A stretch of 62,674 nucleotides of DNA, counting the filler. It is 16 parts of 16 records of this genome, joined end to end, with 100 filler letters (N's around TTAATTAATTAA, not from the genome) between each part and the next. Parts side by side here need not be neighbours in the genome. Positions count along the whole stretch, not along the records: positions 7,896 to 14,247 come from SRR16133337_74132; positions 14,348 to 18,891 come from SRR16133337_74216; positions 18,992 to 23,076 come from SRR16133337_74351; 13 more parts are not named here. One strand, written 5' to 3'. Below the pieces are notes generated by a model, which saw only the letters and a program-made list of their open reading frames with translations, searched no databases and was not told where the DNA came from. The first letter of the stretch is position 1; every line of letters begins with the position of its first letter. Below are positions 10,844 through 20,044 of this stretch, piece by piece. The position numbers and the translations under genes are program-made.

Positions 10844-13800
10844 TTAAAATTTAATGTTCATTCCCAGATTGTATATTTTTGTAACGGGATAAACTCCTTG
10901 GTCAATTACCCCGCTCAAGGCATCCTCGGCTCCAAGATCAGGTGAGTATCCGCTGTATTGAGTCCAAGTGATAAGATTGGTTCCACTAATGTATACACGC
11001 AATGCCTCCAAACCGATTTTTTTTAGATTTTTTTCAGCAAGATTGTAACTCAAGACTACAGATCGTACTCTTAGGTAGGATCCATCTTCGACGAAATAGC
11101 TGGAAGCATTGAAATTTACGCCTCCAGAAGAAGCTTTTGGGTGTGTATTTGTAGTTCCTTCTCCTGTCCATCGATTGTTGAAACTGGCTTCGTAGTTTTG
11201 GTCGTTGGTTCGAACAATTTTCTTTGCGTTGAAGATTTCATTTCCTGCTTGTCCTTGAAGATCGATACTTAAGTTGATTCCTTTGTACCCGAATGCTGTA
11301 TTGAAGCTAAAGATGTAATCGGGGATTGAAGAACCGATCTTGGTACGATCCTCAGCATTCAATATCCCATCACCGTTGACATCTCGATAGATAAAGTCAC
11401 CTACATCTTGGTTGGCGTATCTAGGGAATTGGTCGAGTTGCTCTTCGTTTTGATAAATTCCTATGACATCAAATCCATAGAAATACCCTATAGGTTGCCC
11501 TACTTTGGAACGTGAAAGTTGATAGCCTCCTATAGGTAAATCTCCACCAATCAATTCAGATTTTGCTCCTATGTCTTCTCCAAGGTTGATTACTTCATTG
11601 CTGACTTTGGATCCGATAATACCCAATTGATACTTGAAATCCCCTATTTTGTCTTGCCAAACTAGGTGAACGTCAAAACCCTTGTTTTTGACGGAAGCCG
11701 CATTAAAGACCATTGTTTTTGTAAATCCAATCCCTTCTATGCCTGAGAGCGTTAGGTTTACTAAGATATCCGATGTGTTTTTTATATAGTAATCTAATTC
11801 TGTCCTGAATCTCCCGTTAAACATTTGTAAATTGGCTCCTAGATTGTACTGTTCTGTTTCCTCCCACTTTAAATTCCTGTTTCCAGCTTCATTAAAGGTA
11901 ACACCATTGTTTAACACTTCCGATTCTCCGAATACAGCTCCTCTACCACTGATGATGGTAGAATATTGACTTTCTCCAGGGATTTTTTCATTTCCGACAA
12001 TGCCCCAACTCGCTCTTAATTTTAGATGGTTGATGTTGCTTTTTCGGTTAAAGAAGGATTCTTTGGAAACATTCCATCCTAGGGCAAATGAAGGGAAATT
12101 ACCCAATCTGTTTCCTGCTCCAAACTTGGAAGAACCGTCACGCCTCACCGTAGCAGTCATTAGGTATTTGTCTCGCAATGTATAATTGACTCTAAATAAA
12201 TACGACAACAGTGTCGCATGTTCTCCGCTGTTGGAACTTGTTACAAAGGTAGGATCTCCCGCATTTATATAGTGAAGTTCTTCAACGTCACTTACCAAAT
12301 TTTTGACACCACTGGTAAGAAATTCTGAGGTTGTTTCCTGAGTGGTATATCCAACCAAGGCACTCACTCTATGTCCTATCCATTCCTTGTTATAAGAGAG
12401 TATGTTTTCAAACAAACTTAGGTTGTCATCTTCGTAAGTAACGGCTAATGTACTCATCGTTTGCTGTTGTAACGCAGAAACAAAAAATTGTGGTGAGAAA
12501 TTTTTTGTTTTGCGATGTATGTAATCAAACTGATAGGAAGATTTAAAGGTGAAATTTTTTAGGAAAGTAAATGCGACAAATACATTTCCTACAGCTCGTT
12601 TAGTTTTTAAATTGCTGTTGTTGAATTCGATGACTGCTAGTGGATTTGTACCTCCTACAACTTCTCCAAAAGAGCCGTCTGTATTGTACGGGAGATCAAT
12701 AGGTCTCGCATTGTACGTTGGGATAATGATCGCTGAGGCACTTTGAACTCCATCATCTTCATCCCGGCTAGAAGCTGATTCTGGGGCGTTTTTCTTGTCT
12801 CTGTTTACAACAGAAAGGTGGATGCCTACTTTGAGATTTTCTTTTAGGTTATAGGTTGTATTAATTTTAGCTGTAAATCGCTCTAGGTCTGTTCTTGGTA
12901 AAACTCCTTCCTGAGTATAATATCCTGAGCCTACATAGTAATTTACTTTATCTGAAGCACCACTAAAAGAGGCATTGAATGAGGTAATTGGTGTCAAGTC
13001 ATTAAAAACTTGATCTTGCCAATCGGTATTCGGAAGTGCGTTGATATTGTTATAGGTGCCAGAACTGATTTCATTCGAATAAGTAGCAAACTCTTGTCCA
13101 TTCATCATGTTGATCTTATTACTGATACTTTCAAATCCACGTTCCAAATTTAAATTTACTTTTGCCTTTCCTTTGACTCCTCCTTTCGTTGTGATGATGA
13201 TCACACCATTAGAGCCTCTCGATCCAAAAATGGAAGTTGCTGAAGCGTCTTTTAAGACTTCTATAGATTCAATATCACTTGAGTTTACAAAATCGATAGA
13301 GGTGTCTTCTTGAATAATAACTCCATCTACTACATAAATTGGATTGTTGTTGTTTAAGGTGGTTACTCCTCTTAATCGTATGACGGGTGCAGCTCCTGGA
13401 TTACCAGAACTACTCAATACTTGAAGTCCCGAAACTTTCCCTTGAAGGGCCTGTGAGGGATCTGCATTTGGGATCTTTATCAGTTCTTCACTTTTTATTG
13501 AGGATATGGCTCCTGTTAAATCGCTTTTCCTTTGTACGCCATATCCAATAATAACAACTTCTTCTAATTTGTCTAGATCTTCTTCCAATACAATCGTATA
13601 ATCTTGGGCAGTAGTTAAAGGAACCTCTTTCGTCAAAAATCCTAGGTAACTAATGACCAATACATCACCAACGTCAACTTGTAGTTTAAAAATCCCATCA
13701 AAATCGGTTTGTGTTCCTTTTGTTGTTCCTTTTACTAGAACGGTAGCTCCTGCCAGTGGAATACCCTCTACTGAATGAATGATCCCGGTTACGGTTTGTT

Positions 13801-13861
13801 GAGCAAATAAGTCTTTTCCTAAAAATAAGCAAAAGGCAAGGATAAGCATTTTTGTCTTCAT
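10844..13861 (-). CDS. susC: SusC/RagA TonB-dependent transporter
   Basis: LEEVVIIGYG, IESIEVLKDASATSIFGSRGSNGVIIITTK, LKWEET, C-terminal Phe. Confidence 0.96.
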   Translation of the reverse strand: MKTKMLILAFCLFLGKDLFAQQTVTGIIHSVEGIPLAGATVLVKGTTKGTQTDFDGIFKLQVDVGDVLVISYLGFLTKEVPLTTAQDYTIVLEEDLDKLEEVVIIGYGVQRKSDLTGAISSIKSEELIKIPNADPSQALQGKVSGLQVLSSSGNPGAAPVIRLRGVTTLNNNNPIYVVDGVIIQEDTSIDFVNSSDIESIEVLKDASATSIFGSRGSNGVIIITTKGGVKGKAKVNLNLERGFESISNKINMMNGQEFATYSNEISSGTYNNINALPNTDWQDQVFNDLTPITSFNASFSGASDKVNYYVGSGYYTQEGVLPRTDLERFTAKINTTYNLKENLKVGIHLSVVNRDKKNAPESASSRDEDDGVQSASAIIIPTYNARPIDLPYNTDGSFGEVVGGTNPLAVIEFNNSNLKTKRAVGNVFVAFTFLKNFTFKSSYQFDYIHRKTKNFSPQFFVSALQQQTMSTLAVTYEDDNLSLFENILSYNKEWIGHRVSALVGYTTQETTSEFLTSGVKNLVSDVEELHYINAGDPTFVTSSNSGEHATLLSYLFRVNYTLRDKYLMTATVRRDGSSKFGAGNRLGNFPSFALGWNVSKESFFNRKSNINHLKLRASWGIVGNEKIPGESQYSTIISGRGAVFGESEVLNNGVTFNEAGNRNLKWEETEQYNLGANLQMFNGRFRTELDYYIKNTSDILVNLTLSGIEGIGFTKTMVFNAASVKNKGFDVHLVWQDKIGDFKYQLGIIGSKVSNEVINLGEDIGAKSELIGGDLPIGGYQLSRSKVGQPIGYFYGFDVIGIYQNEEQLDQFPRYANQDVGDFIYRDVNGDGILNAEDRTKIGSSIPDYIFSFNTAFGYKGINLSIDLQGQAGNEIFNAKKIVRTNDQNYEASFNNRWTGEGTTNTHPKASSGGVNFNASSYFVEDGSYLRVRSVVLSYNLAEKNLKKIGLEALRVYISGTNLITWTQYSGYSPDLGAEDALSGVIDQGVYPVTKIYNLGMNIKF

Positions 13862-13887
13862 ATTCTCTCGGTTTATATAAGTCTTTC

Positions 13888-13895
13888 CAAAAGTA
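13888..13895 (-). promoter_or_regulatory. Bacteroidota -7 promoter element for susC
   Basis: TACTTTTG on the minus strand, 26 bp upstream of the ATG. Confidence 0.55.
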
Positions 13896-14044
13896 GATAG
13901 AAGAGAAGGTATGGATTAATGTCTGAAATGCTATGTATTTATAAAATGTTAAAAGACAATTGATTAATAGTAAATAAAATGTAAACTTTAACAGTTTAAA
14001 GTGATTTTGAAGGGGGGATTTTAATCTCTAAAAGGGCTTCATCC

Positions 14045-14140
14045 TTAAAAAATCTTTAGGAAATTCGTAAGATCTTCGCTAGTTTTGATGTTTATTTTCT
14101 TTCTCAAGCGATATCTTTGTGACTCAACCTCCTTTGCAGA
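14045..14140 (-). pseudogene. C-terminal remnant of a LuxR-type HTH regulator
   Basis: SAKEVESQRYRLRKKINIKTSEDLTNFLKIF resembles the tail of Bacteroidota LuxR-HTH regulators; upstream sequence is repeat-like, not protein-like. Confidence 0.65.
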
Positions 14141-14348
14141 GGAGTATACGTCCCTGATATGGGTTGACCACAAAAGCCTGCCTTGAGTCTGTTGAAGGGT
14201 TGAATTGTGGAAGGGTTGAATCGTGGAAAAACCGACAACTGACAACCNNNNNNNNNNNNNNNNNNNNNNNNNNNNNNNNNNNNNNNNNNNNTTAATTAAT
14301 TAANNNNNNNNNNNNNNNNNNNNNNNNNNNNNNNNNNNNNNNNNNNNT

Positions 14349-14376
14349 AAAAAAACCACTCGGTTAGGAGTGGTTT
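14349..14376 (-). terminator. Intrinsic terminator
   Basis: AAACCACTC-6 nt-GAGTGGTTT perfect stem running into a T tract on the minus strand. Confidence 0.65.
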
Positions 14377-14484
14377 AATGTATTTGATACATAGCTTGTT
14401 TTTGGCTACACAGATATAGTAAAAAAATTAAACTAACAGTAAATTAATAGAAAATTCTTAAATTTGTTCTATAAACAGAAAGTC

Positions 14485-14721
14485 ATGATTATTAGCATTA
14501 CTAAATTATATCAGCTTTTAGCAGAAAAGACAGATAAAGAAACTGCAGAGACTTTAACTAGCTATATTGAAACCAAAGTAAAAACAGAGGTAGAAGACAA
14601 AACCTCTAACTTGGCTACAAAGGAAGATTTAGCAAACGTTAAAACAGAAATGATAAAATGGTATGTTGCTTTGTTTGTAATGCTTACTTTAATGATTGCA
14701 GGGCTATACCTAAAAAAATAA
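14485..14721 (+). CDS. Small coiled-coil membrane protein (DUF1640/CCDC90-like), convergent with the portal
   Basis: LATKEDL...MIKW plus C-terminal TM; ATG at 14485 preceded by TAAATTTG at 14459. Confidence 0.65.
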   Translation: MIISITKLYQLLAEKTDKETAETLTSYIETKVKTEVEDKTSNLATKEDLANVKTEMIKWYVALFVMLTLMIAGLYLKK

Positions 14722-14722
14722 A

Positions 14723-16070
14723 TTAAACTTGTGCCGCTTTTTCTGTTCCGGTTGGATTTTTATCTAGGGTAGTTAATACGGTATCTTCAAAACCACCTCC
14801 TAATTTGTCATCCCAGCCGTTATAATTCTTGGATAAATTCAAAGGGTTCTAATGTGGTGTCTCTGTTTGTTTTCATTAATGCTGATAGAATGAACCATGC
14901 TTCACGTTTGTCTGCTCCAGAACCAGCACCTAGTTTACCTCCTGGAATTCCTGCACCAATTAAAGAAGGGTCAACGCCAATAGCAGTTAAGATTTCTTGA
15001 TTTCCTGCAGATGTATCTTGCAGGTAAGCACCCTCTTTTAATTTATTGTCTACTGCGGTTATTTTTAATCCAGGTAATGGATTTCCGTTGTCATCTTTAT
15101 ATACCATAGACATAATGCTTTTTCCTGCGTTTTCATTATCTCTCAGGGCGGTGTCTAAGTCTTCAACAAATTGTGTGCGGATTTCTTGGCGTTTTTCAGT
15201 CGTGAATTTTTGCCAGTCTTCTTTGTATTTTCTATCAAAAAATTCTTCCGATACTTCGATTAAGAATTTAATATTCAATTGATTTTCTAAAAAAGCTTTT
15301 TTGAATTTTGGAATGGAATTGGCAATGTCTAACCAACCACTATTCACAACAGAATGCCATTCGGCTTTTGGATAATAGTTTTCATCTACTAAAGGGTAGA
15401 AAATTGGTCTGACAAAATTGCTTATTCTGTACTTTTTACAATATTCTTTTACTTCTTCAGCGGACCAATAGCTATCTATCAATGGAATTTTGGAAACATA
15501 CTTTGATGCAACATCAACGCCTTCTACCCATTTTGTAGAGATGTAAACGTTTTTAATAGATCGAGTGCTTTCATCCATTATTTCAAAGCGACAATCCGCA
15601 GACTTTTGTCGTTTGATTCTATTAATAGCTTTGAAATCCTTTGAAAGCACATATTCAGGAAAGGCAATTGCAAGATATTCTAAATCTGTAATGGTTTCTT
15701 TCCAGAAACGTTTCATCTGGTTGCGCTTCCAAAAGGCATTGATGTTAGCATACTCATGAATGCACTTTTGTTCAATGATGCGTTTACCATCCTCATGTTT
15801 TTCTTCAGTGAGGATAAATCCAGAACCATAATGTGCTTTTCTGGAAACTCTTAACCCTGAAAGTGCCGCTCCGTTTAATCTTATTTTTTCTAATAATTTT
15901 TGGGGGAAATCATTATTTGTACCCCAAGTGGCAATTACTCCTTGCTTGTCTTGGGTATGTAAAATGACGCTTGTTACATTTGCATCTGCTTTTTTTGTAG
16001 ATGCAAAAGAAACTAATGCCTTTGTGTTTTGTCCTGTTATAGCAACATCGCCATGAAATACTGTGTTCAT
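14723..16070 (-). pseudogene. Phage portal protein with a 1-nt frameshift near the 3' end
   Basis: Position after terS-terL; WGTNNDFP, NYYPKAEW, GVDPSLIG..PG, SGADKREA; ORF stops at FIQEL* but the shifted frame continues YNGWDD...LTTLDKNPTGTEKAAQV*. Confidence 0.75.
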
Positions 16071-16411
16071 TAATAAATTACTTTTTGTCCGTTAATAGCT
16101 ATAAGTAATCGAATGTGTATTTTCTTCTTGTCGCCATTCTGGAGTTCTAAATTTCTAGTTCTATTTTCAAAATGATTAGGGTTTCTTTTTACAGTTTCAC
16201 CAGTCTGTACTGCTTGTACTAAAGAAGCCTTTGTCGGTGTTTCTTTTTTAGGTCTTAACTTTTTTACTTGTTTATAATTGTAGAGTTTTCCGCCAGTCTT
16301 TGAATTTCTTTGAAGTGACCTGAATGTGATGTCAAAAGGATAGGCGTTTCCTTCCTTATCTACTCTATCAATTATTGCGATTGCCTTGTTTAAAGAAATT
16401 TCATTTTTCAT
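16070..16411 (-). CDS. Hypothetical prophage protein
   Basis: 113-aa ORF whose stop overlaps the portal start (TAATG). Confidence 0.75.
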   Translation of the reverse strand: MKNEISLNKAIAIIDRVDKEGNAYPFDITFRSLQRNSKTGGKLYNYKQVKKLRPKKETPTKASLVQAVQTGETVKRNPNHFENRTRNLELQNGDKKKIHIRLLIAINGQKVIY

Positions 16412-16773
16412 AAGGCTAATTTCGGGCGACTACTATTTTTAAAATAGGACATAAAAAAAACCATTGAAAAATCATCTTTATTCATAAAAGTTGTGCAAGG
16501 GAAGTATAAGTGAAAAGTCTCAAAAAGTCTACTTATTATATTAGAAAATGTACATTTTTATCTTAAAGAAGGTTCTAAAATCTCATTTTTAAGTCTTTTT
16601 TCGGAGTATAATCTCATTTTTAAAATAATAAAATATTGATATTCACTATTTTAAATCCTTAAAAATTCTCTCAAAATCTCTTTTTTAACGATGAACCACG
16701 CCGCATCCTTTGACGAATGACAATTGCCTTGTTCACTTTTTAAGGATATATGAAATTCAATCTGGTGAAAGTG

Positions 16774-18300
16774 TTACATTGTGGTTGGCAAATCCCAATA
16801 CTCTCGTTCGGGTTTGAGTAGATCCTTGTAGATGGAGTAGATAGGTATGTCGAAGGCATCGGGCAGATGGGCGGTATGCTCTTGCTTCATACTTGTATTG
16901 CGTTCGTTTTTCTTGATTTTTTGTATTCCGTTCTTCCCTTCGGAAGCTTCGGCACGTTCCAATCCTATGATAAGGTCTTGATTGTTTTGTTCGTTGATTT
17001 CAATACTAGGGTAACGAGAGCTACTACCTTTAAACATCATATTGATAAGGATATACTTATCGTTGTGCGGTGCTACAGGCTTGCGTTTACTCTTATCATA
17101 CACCGTCCATCCTTTAGACTGGAGTAAGCGTACCAATACATCTCCGTAAGTTTCGTTAGTTCCTTTCCTAACCTTTGCGTTACCATCATGGCCATAGTAT
17201 AAGTGTACCGTTTTGGTAGGTAGTGGTGCATAATACTCTACAAAATCATTAATTAGATCTTCTTCATCGTTAGGTTGCTTTGCCCAAATAGATTTTAATA
17301 CACGATACTTGTTAGGCAGTTGCTGACTAATTACGCCAGATAAAAATACGCCCCAATCTATAGACAAAATAAGCGGTCGCCCTTTATCTATATCATTATC
17401 TTGTTTGCAGTTAAAGGATATTGTTTGAAAATCATTAGTAAGTGCCTCCAAATATTCATTATTGTAATCTGAGTAATAATGTTTATTAGCGTTTAATTGT
17501 GGGTAAAAACCATTAAGGATTTCTTTGGGACGTATGTTTTTCATTTCTGCATTAAATAACGTTGTTGTAGCAAATGTATCTTCCATTCGCTTTAAGTAGC
17601 CAGATTGTAAATTATGCAGGTTAACTAATACGCTTGCCTTTATAAAAGCATGAGAGCCTTTATTTTCTGGACGTTTACAAACTTCTTCCATTTCAATAAA
17701 CCACTGTCCCTTTTTTGTTACTGGTGTCGAGGATGCATATATTTCAGCTCCCAATAAAGAGGCGTCTTTAAATCGCTCTTTTTTAGCACGATTCGTCACC
17801 CTTACATTTAAGTCTAATCGTGTTTTATCGAATAAAGATGCTTCATCACCTATTATAGCGTAACTGTTTAAACCACGTCCAGAATTTGGACTATCTAATG
17901 CGATGAGTTGAAAAATACATCCGTTAGAAAAATGTATTATGTTTTCCCATTTATTCGGAGTCTGAATAGGATCCTTAAACCCATATTTTGCACCATTTTT
18001 TCCAACTACATAATCTATATTCTCATAGATCCCTAATTCAGCAAGTCCTTCTTTTGTAGAGGGTAGCGTTTTTGAGAGTATATGTTGGTAAGTTGAGCCA
18101 ACTAAAGCAAACGTTGCTCCAGGCATTTGCTTTACCATTTCTCGCATAAAAAATCCTAGTATAAAAGATTTTCCAGCACCTCTTGCCCATTCTAAAAAAA
18201 TATACTTTTTCTTTAAAAAAAGCACTGAAATTATTGCTGCCCATTGGGCAGGGTTTGGAATAATGTCTAAAAAATTACTCTGCTTCTTTTTCATCCTCAT
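16774..18300 (-). CDS. terL: Phage terminase large subunit
   Basis: Walker A WARGAGKS, Walker B AIIGDEA, ASSTP coupling motif, nuclease motifs LSIDWG and HLPDAFD. Confidence 0.88.
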   Translation of the reverse strand: MRMKKKQSNFLDIIPNPAQWAAIISVLFLKKKYIFLEWARGAGKSFILGFFMREMVKQMPGATFALVGSTYQHILSKTLPSTKEGLAELGIYENIDYVVGKNGAKYGFKDPIQTPNKWENIIHFSNGCIFQLIALDSPNSGRGLNSYAIIGDEASLFDKTRLDLNVRVTNRAKKERFKDASLLGAEIYASSTPVTKKGQWFIEMEEVCKRPENKGSHAFIKASVLVNLHNLQSGYLKRMEDTFATTTLFNAEMKNIRPKEILNGFYPQLNANKHYYSDYNNEYLEALTNDFQTISFNCKQDNDIDKGRPLILSIDWGVFLSGVISQQLPNKYRVLKSIWAKQPNDEEDLINDFVEYYAPLPTKTVHLYYGHDGNAKVRKGTNETYGDVLVRLLQSKGWTVYDKSKRKPVAPHNDKYILINMMFKGSSSRYPSIEINEQNNQDLIIGLERAEASEGKNGIQKIKKNERNTSMKQEHTAHLPDAFDIPIYSIYKDLLKPEREYWDLPTTM

Positions 18301-18856
18301 TTACTTCTTCAAAGTCAGTATCAACAGTAAAGCTGTTAAAGTCTAACGAACCTGTGTTTAGGGCTTTAGTAATGGCGTTTAAAGCTTCTTTTGGTAGATG
18401 CATTTTTATAGGCTTATCTTCTAATTTTTCTGGGTTAAAATTGATGGAATTTTCTTTGTCCACTTCGGCATATTTACCCATTAACTCAAGAGCCTTGCCT
18501 ATGGCTTTTAAATCTTTAGCTTTTACGGCCATCAGTAAATATTTATGAGAATATTCTAGTAGAATGGCTAGAGAACCATCCCGATCCGCTTTCATAACAT
18601 TGCCAAATAGACGTTCTGCATTTTTTAAATCTCGATAGGCTTGAGCTCTACTAATCTCATACTTTTCCATCAATACATTGGTTGCTTGTTCTCTGGAATG
18701 AAAATTTTGACGAAGTGTAAAAGCCGCTAACCAACGATCTTTTAATTCACTTTGCTTTTCCGTTAGTGGATACTTTGCAGGGTCTTTGTAATAAGCATAT
18801 ATCTTATCAAATGAGGAGTCGCCTGTCTTTATAGTAGGTAAATGTTGTCTTGCCAT
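18275..18856 (-). CDS. Probable terminase small subunit
   Basis: N-terminal HTH (YEISRAQAYRD); immediately upstream of and overlapping terL. Confidence 0.65.
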   Translation of the reverse strand: MARQHLPTIKTGDSSFDKIYAYYKDPAKYPLTEKQSELKDRWLAAFTLRQNFHSREQATNVLMEKYEISRAQAYRDLKNAERLFGNVMKADRDGSLAILLEYSHKYLLMAVKAKDLKAIGKALELMGKYAEVDKENSINFNPEKLEDKPIKMHLPKEALNAITKALNTGSLDFNSFTVDTDFEEVNEDEKEAE

Positions 18857-18991
18857 GGGTCAAAAATGGCAATTGTCAACTTTTTAGAATANNNNNNNNN
18901 NNNNNNNNNNNNNNNNNNNNNNNNNNNNNNNNNNNTTAATTAATTAANNNNNNNNNNNNNNNNNNNNNNNNNNNNNNNNNNNNNNNNNNNN

Positions 18992-19720
18992 TACGATTTC
19001 TAAATCTAAAGCGGTAGTTAATCTTATTTTTTTAACGGCTTCAATTAAAATTTCTACCTTTTTATAGGTGCCAAATTTACCAAAAGCCATGATTTTTAGA
19101 GGTCCTTTTGGCAATTCATAGTTTGGTAGAGAAGAGATTTCAAAAGTTCCATGAGCAATCATTATCACATTATTTGCATTGTATTTTTTTTTCAAAATAT
19201 TGCGATATTTCTCTAGGGTAACCGCCACCAAATCTGCTTGTAAAATAAACCGCATTCGTATGGTTTCTATAAAACGATCTATTTTTTGAGAGATTTTATT
19301 TTTTGTAAATTTTGTACTCTCTAAAGCTACTTTTTCCATACTATTGTATAGTAGAACAATTGTTGGAATCGATTTTATTTTACAAATTAAAGGCAATAAT
19401 AAACTCAAAGCAACAGGTAGTTTTTTATTTCCAAACTTCATCAATTGCAAATTGAACAATATCAAATCTGGTTTTGTTTGATTTATTGCCCTGATTATTG
19501 ATATCAAGTTGGTATAGCCGTTAAATTTCCAACATTCTTTTACAGTAATTTTACAACCTTGTTCTTCAAAAGAAATATCTTTAGATGCTGGAACTACATC
19601 TGTTAAGAGAATCAACTCTGTTATTTCTTCTTTTTGTCTGAAATGCTTTACCAAATGATACGCATATTCATTCAAGGTTATTTTGCTAGGTGGATAAGCT
19701 GTTACAATGGCAAGTTTCAT
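18992..19720 (-). CDS. Glycosyltransferase (GT-B/GT4-like), 3'-truncated at contig end
   Basis: MKLAIVTAYPP, IAHGTF, AFGKFGTYKKVEILIEA. Confidence 0.8.
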
Positions 19721-19852
19721 CTGTTTTTTTTTAATTATAGTATAAATTTGTAACTTATAAACTTATAATTAGGGTGGATATAGATGAACAGACATTTCCT
19801 TTCGACCAAAAACAAATTTTATTTGTTTTTGGTCTTCTTATTGGTTTCATAG

Positions 19853-19913
19853 ATACTCCGCTCTTTTAGAAACCAAAAATTTTCAAGCATCGCAATGCTT
19901 TGCTTGAAAATTT
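19853..19913 (+). repeat. MITE-like terminus followed by a 13-bp hairpin
   Basis: ATACTCCGCTCTTTTAGAAACC, then AAATTTTCAAGCA...TGCTTGAAAATTT; the terminus and the left hairpin arm recur at 53547 and ~53680. Confidence 0.7.
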
Positions 19914-19972
19914 CCTTGTTATTCACAAAAATAAAGGAATTCAATTTTTTGAAAATCGATTTGGATAGAATC

Positions 19973-20016
19973 TACTTCGCCCGTTTAGAAACCTAAATTT
20001 CTAAACGGGCGAAGTA
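19973..20016. repeat. Minimal MITE-like element: perfect 19-bp inverted repeat with 6-nt loop
   Basis: TACTTCGCCCGTTTAGAAA-CCTAAA-TTTCTAAACGGGCGAAGTA, ~30 bp after the metE stop. Confidence 0.85.
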
Positions 20017-20044
20017 TAAATTAATTGTGTGGTTTTTTTTGATT

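Larger units (their letters stand above)
14348..18891 (-). mobile_element. Prophage fragment (DNA packaging module)
   Basis: terS-terL-hypothetical-portal co-oriented across the contig. Confidence 0.85.

Noticed and set aside
7896-18891. Prophage carrying a SusC/D locus as cargo
   Set aside because: Different contigs, split at 14248-14347
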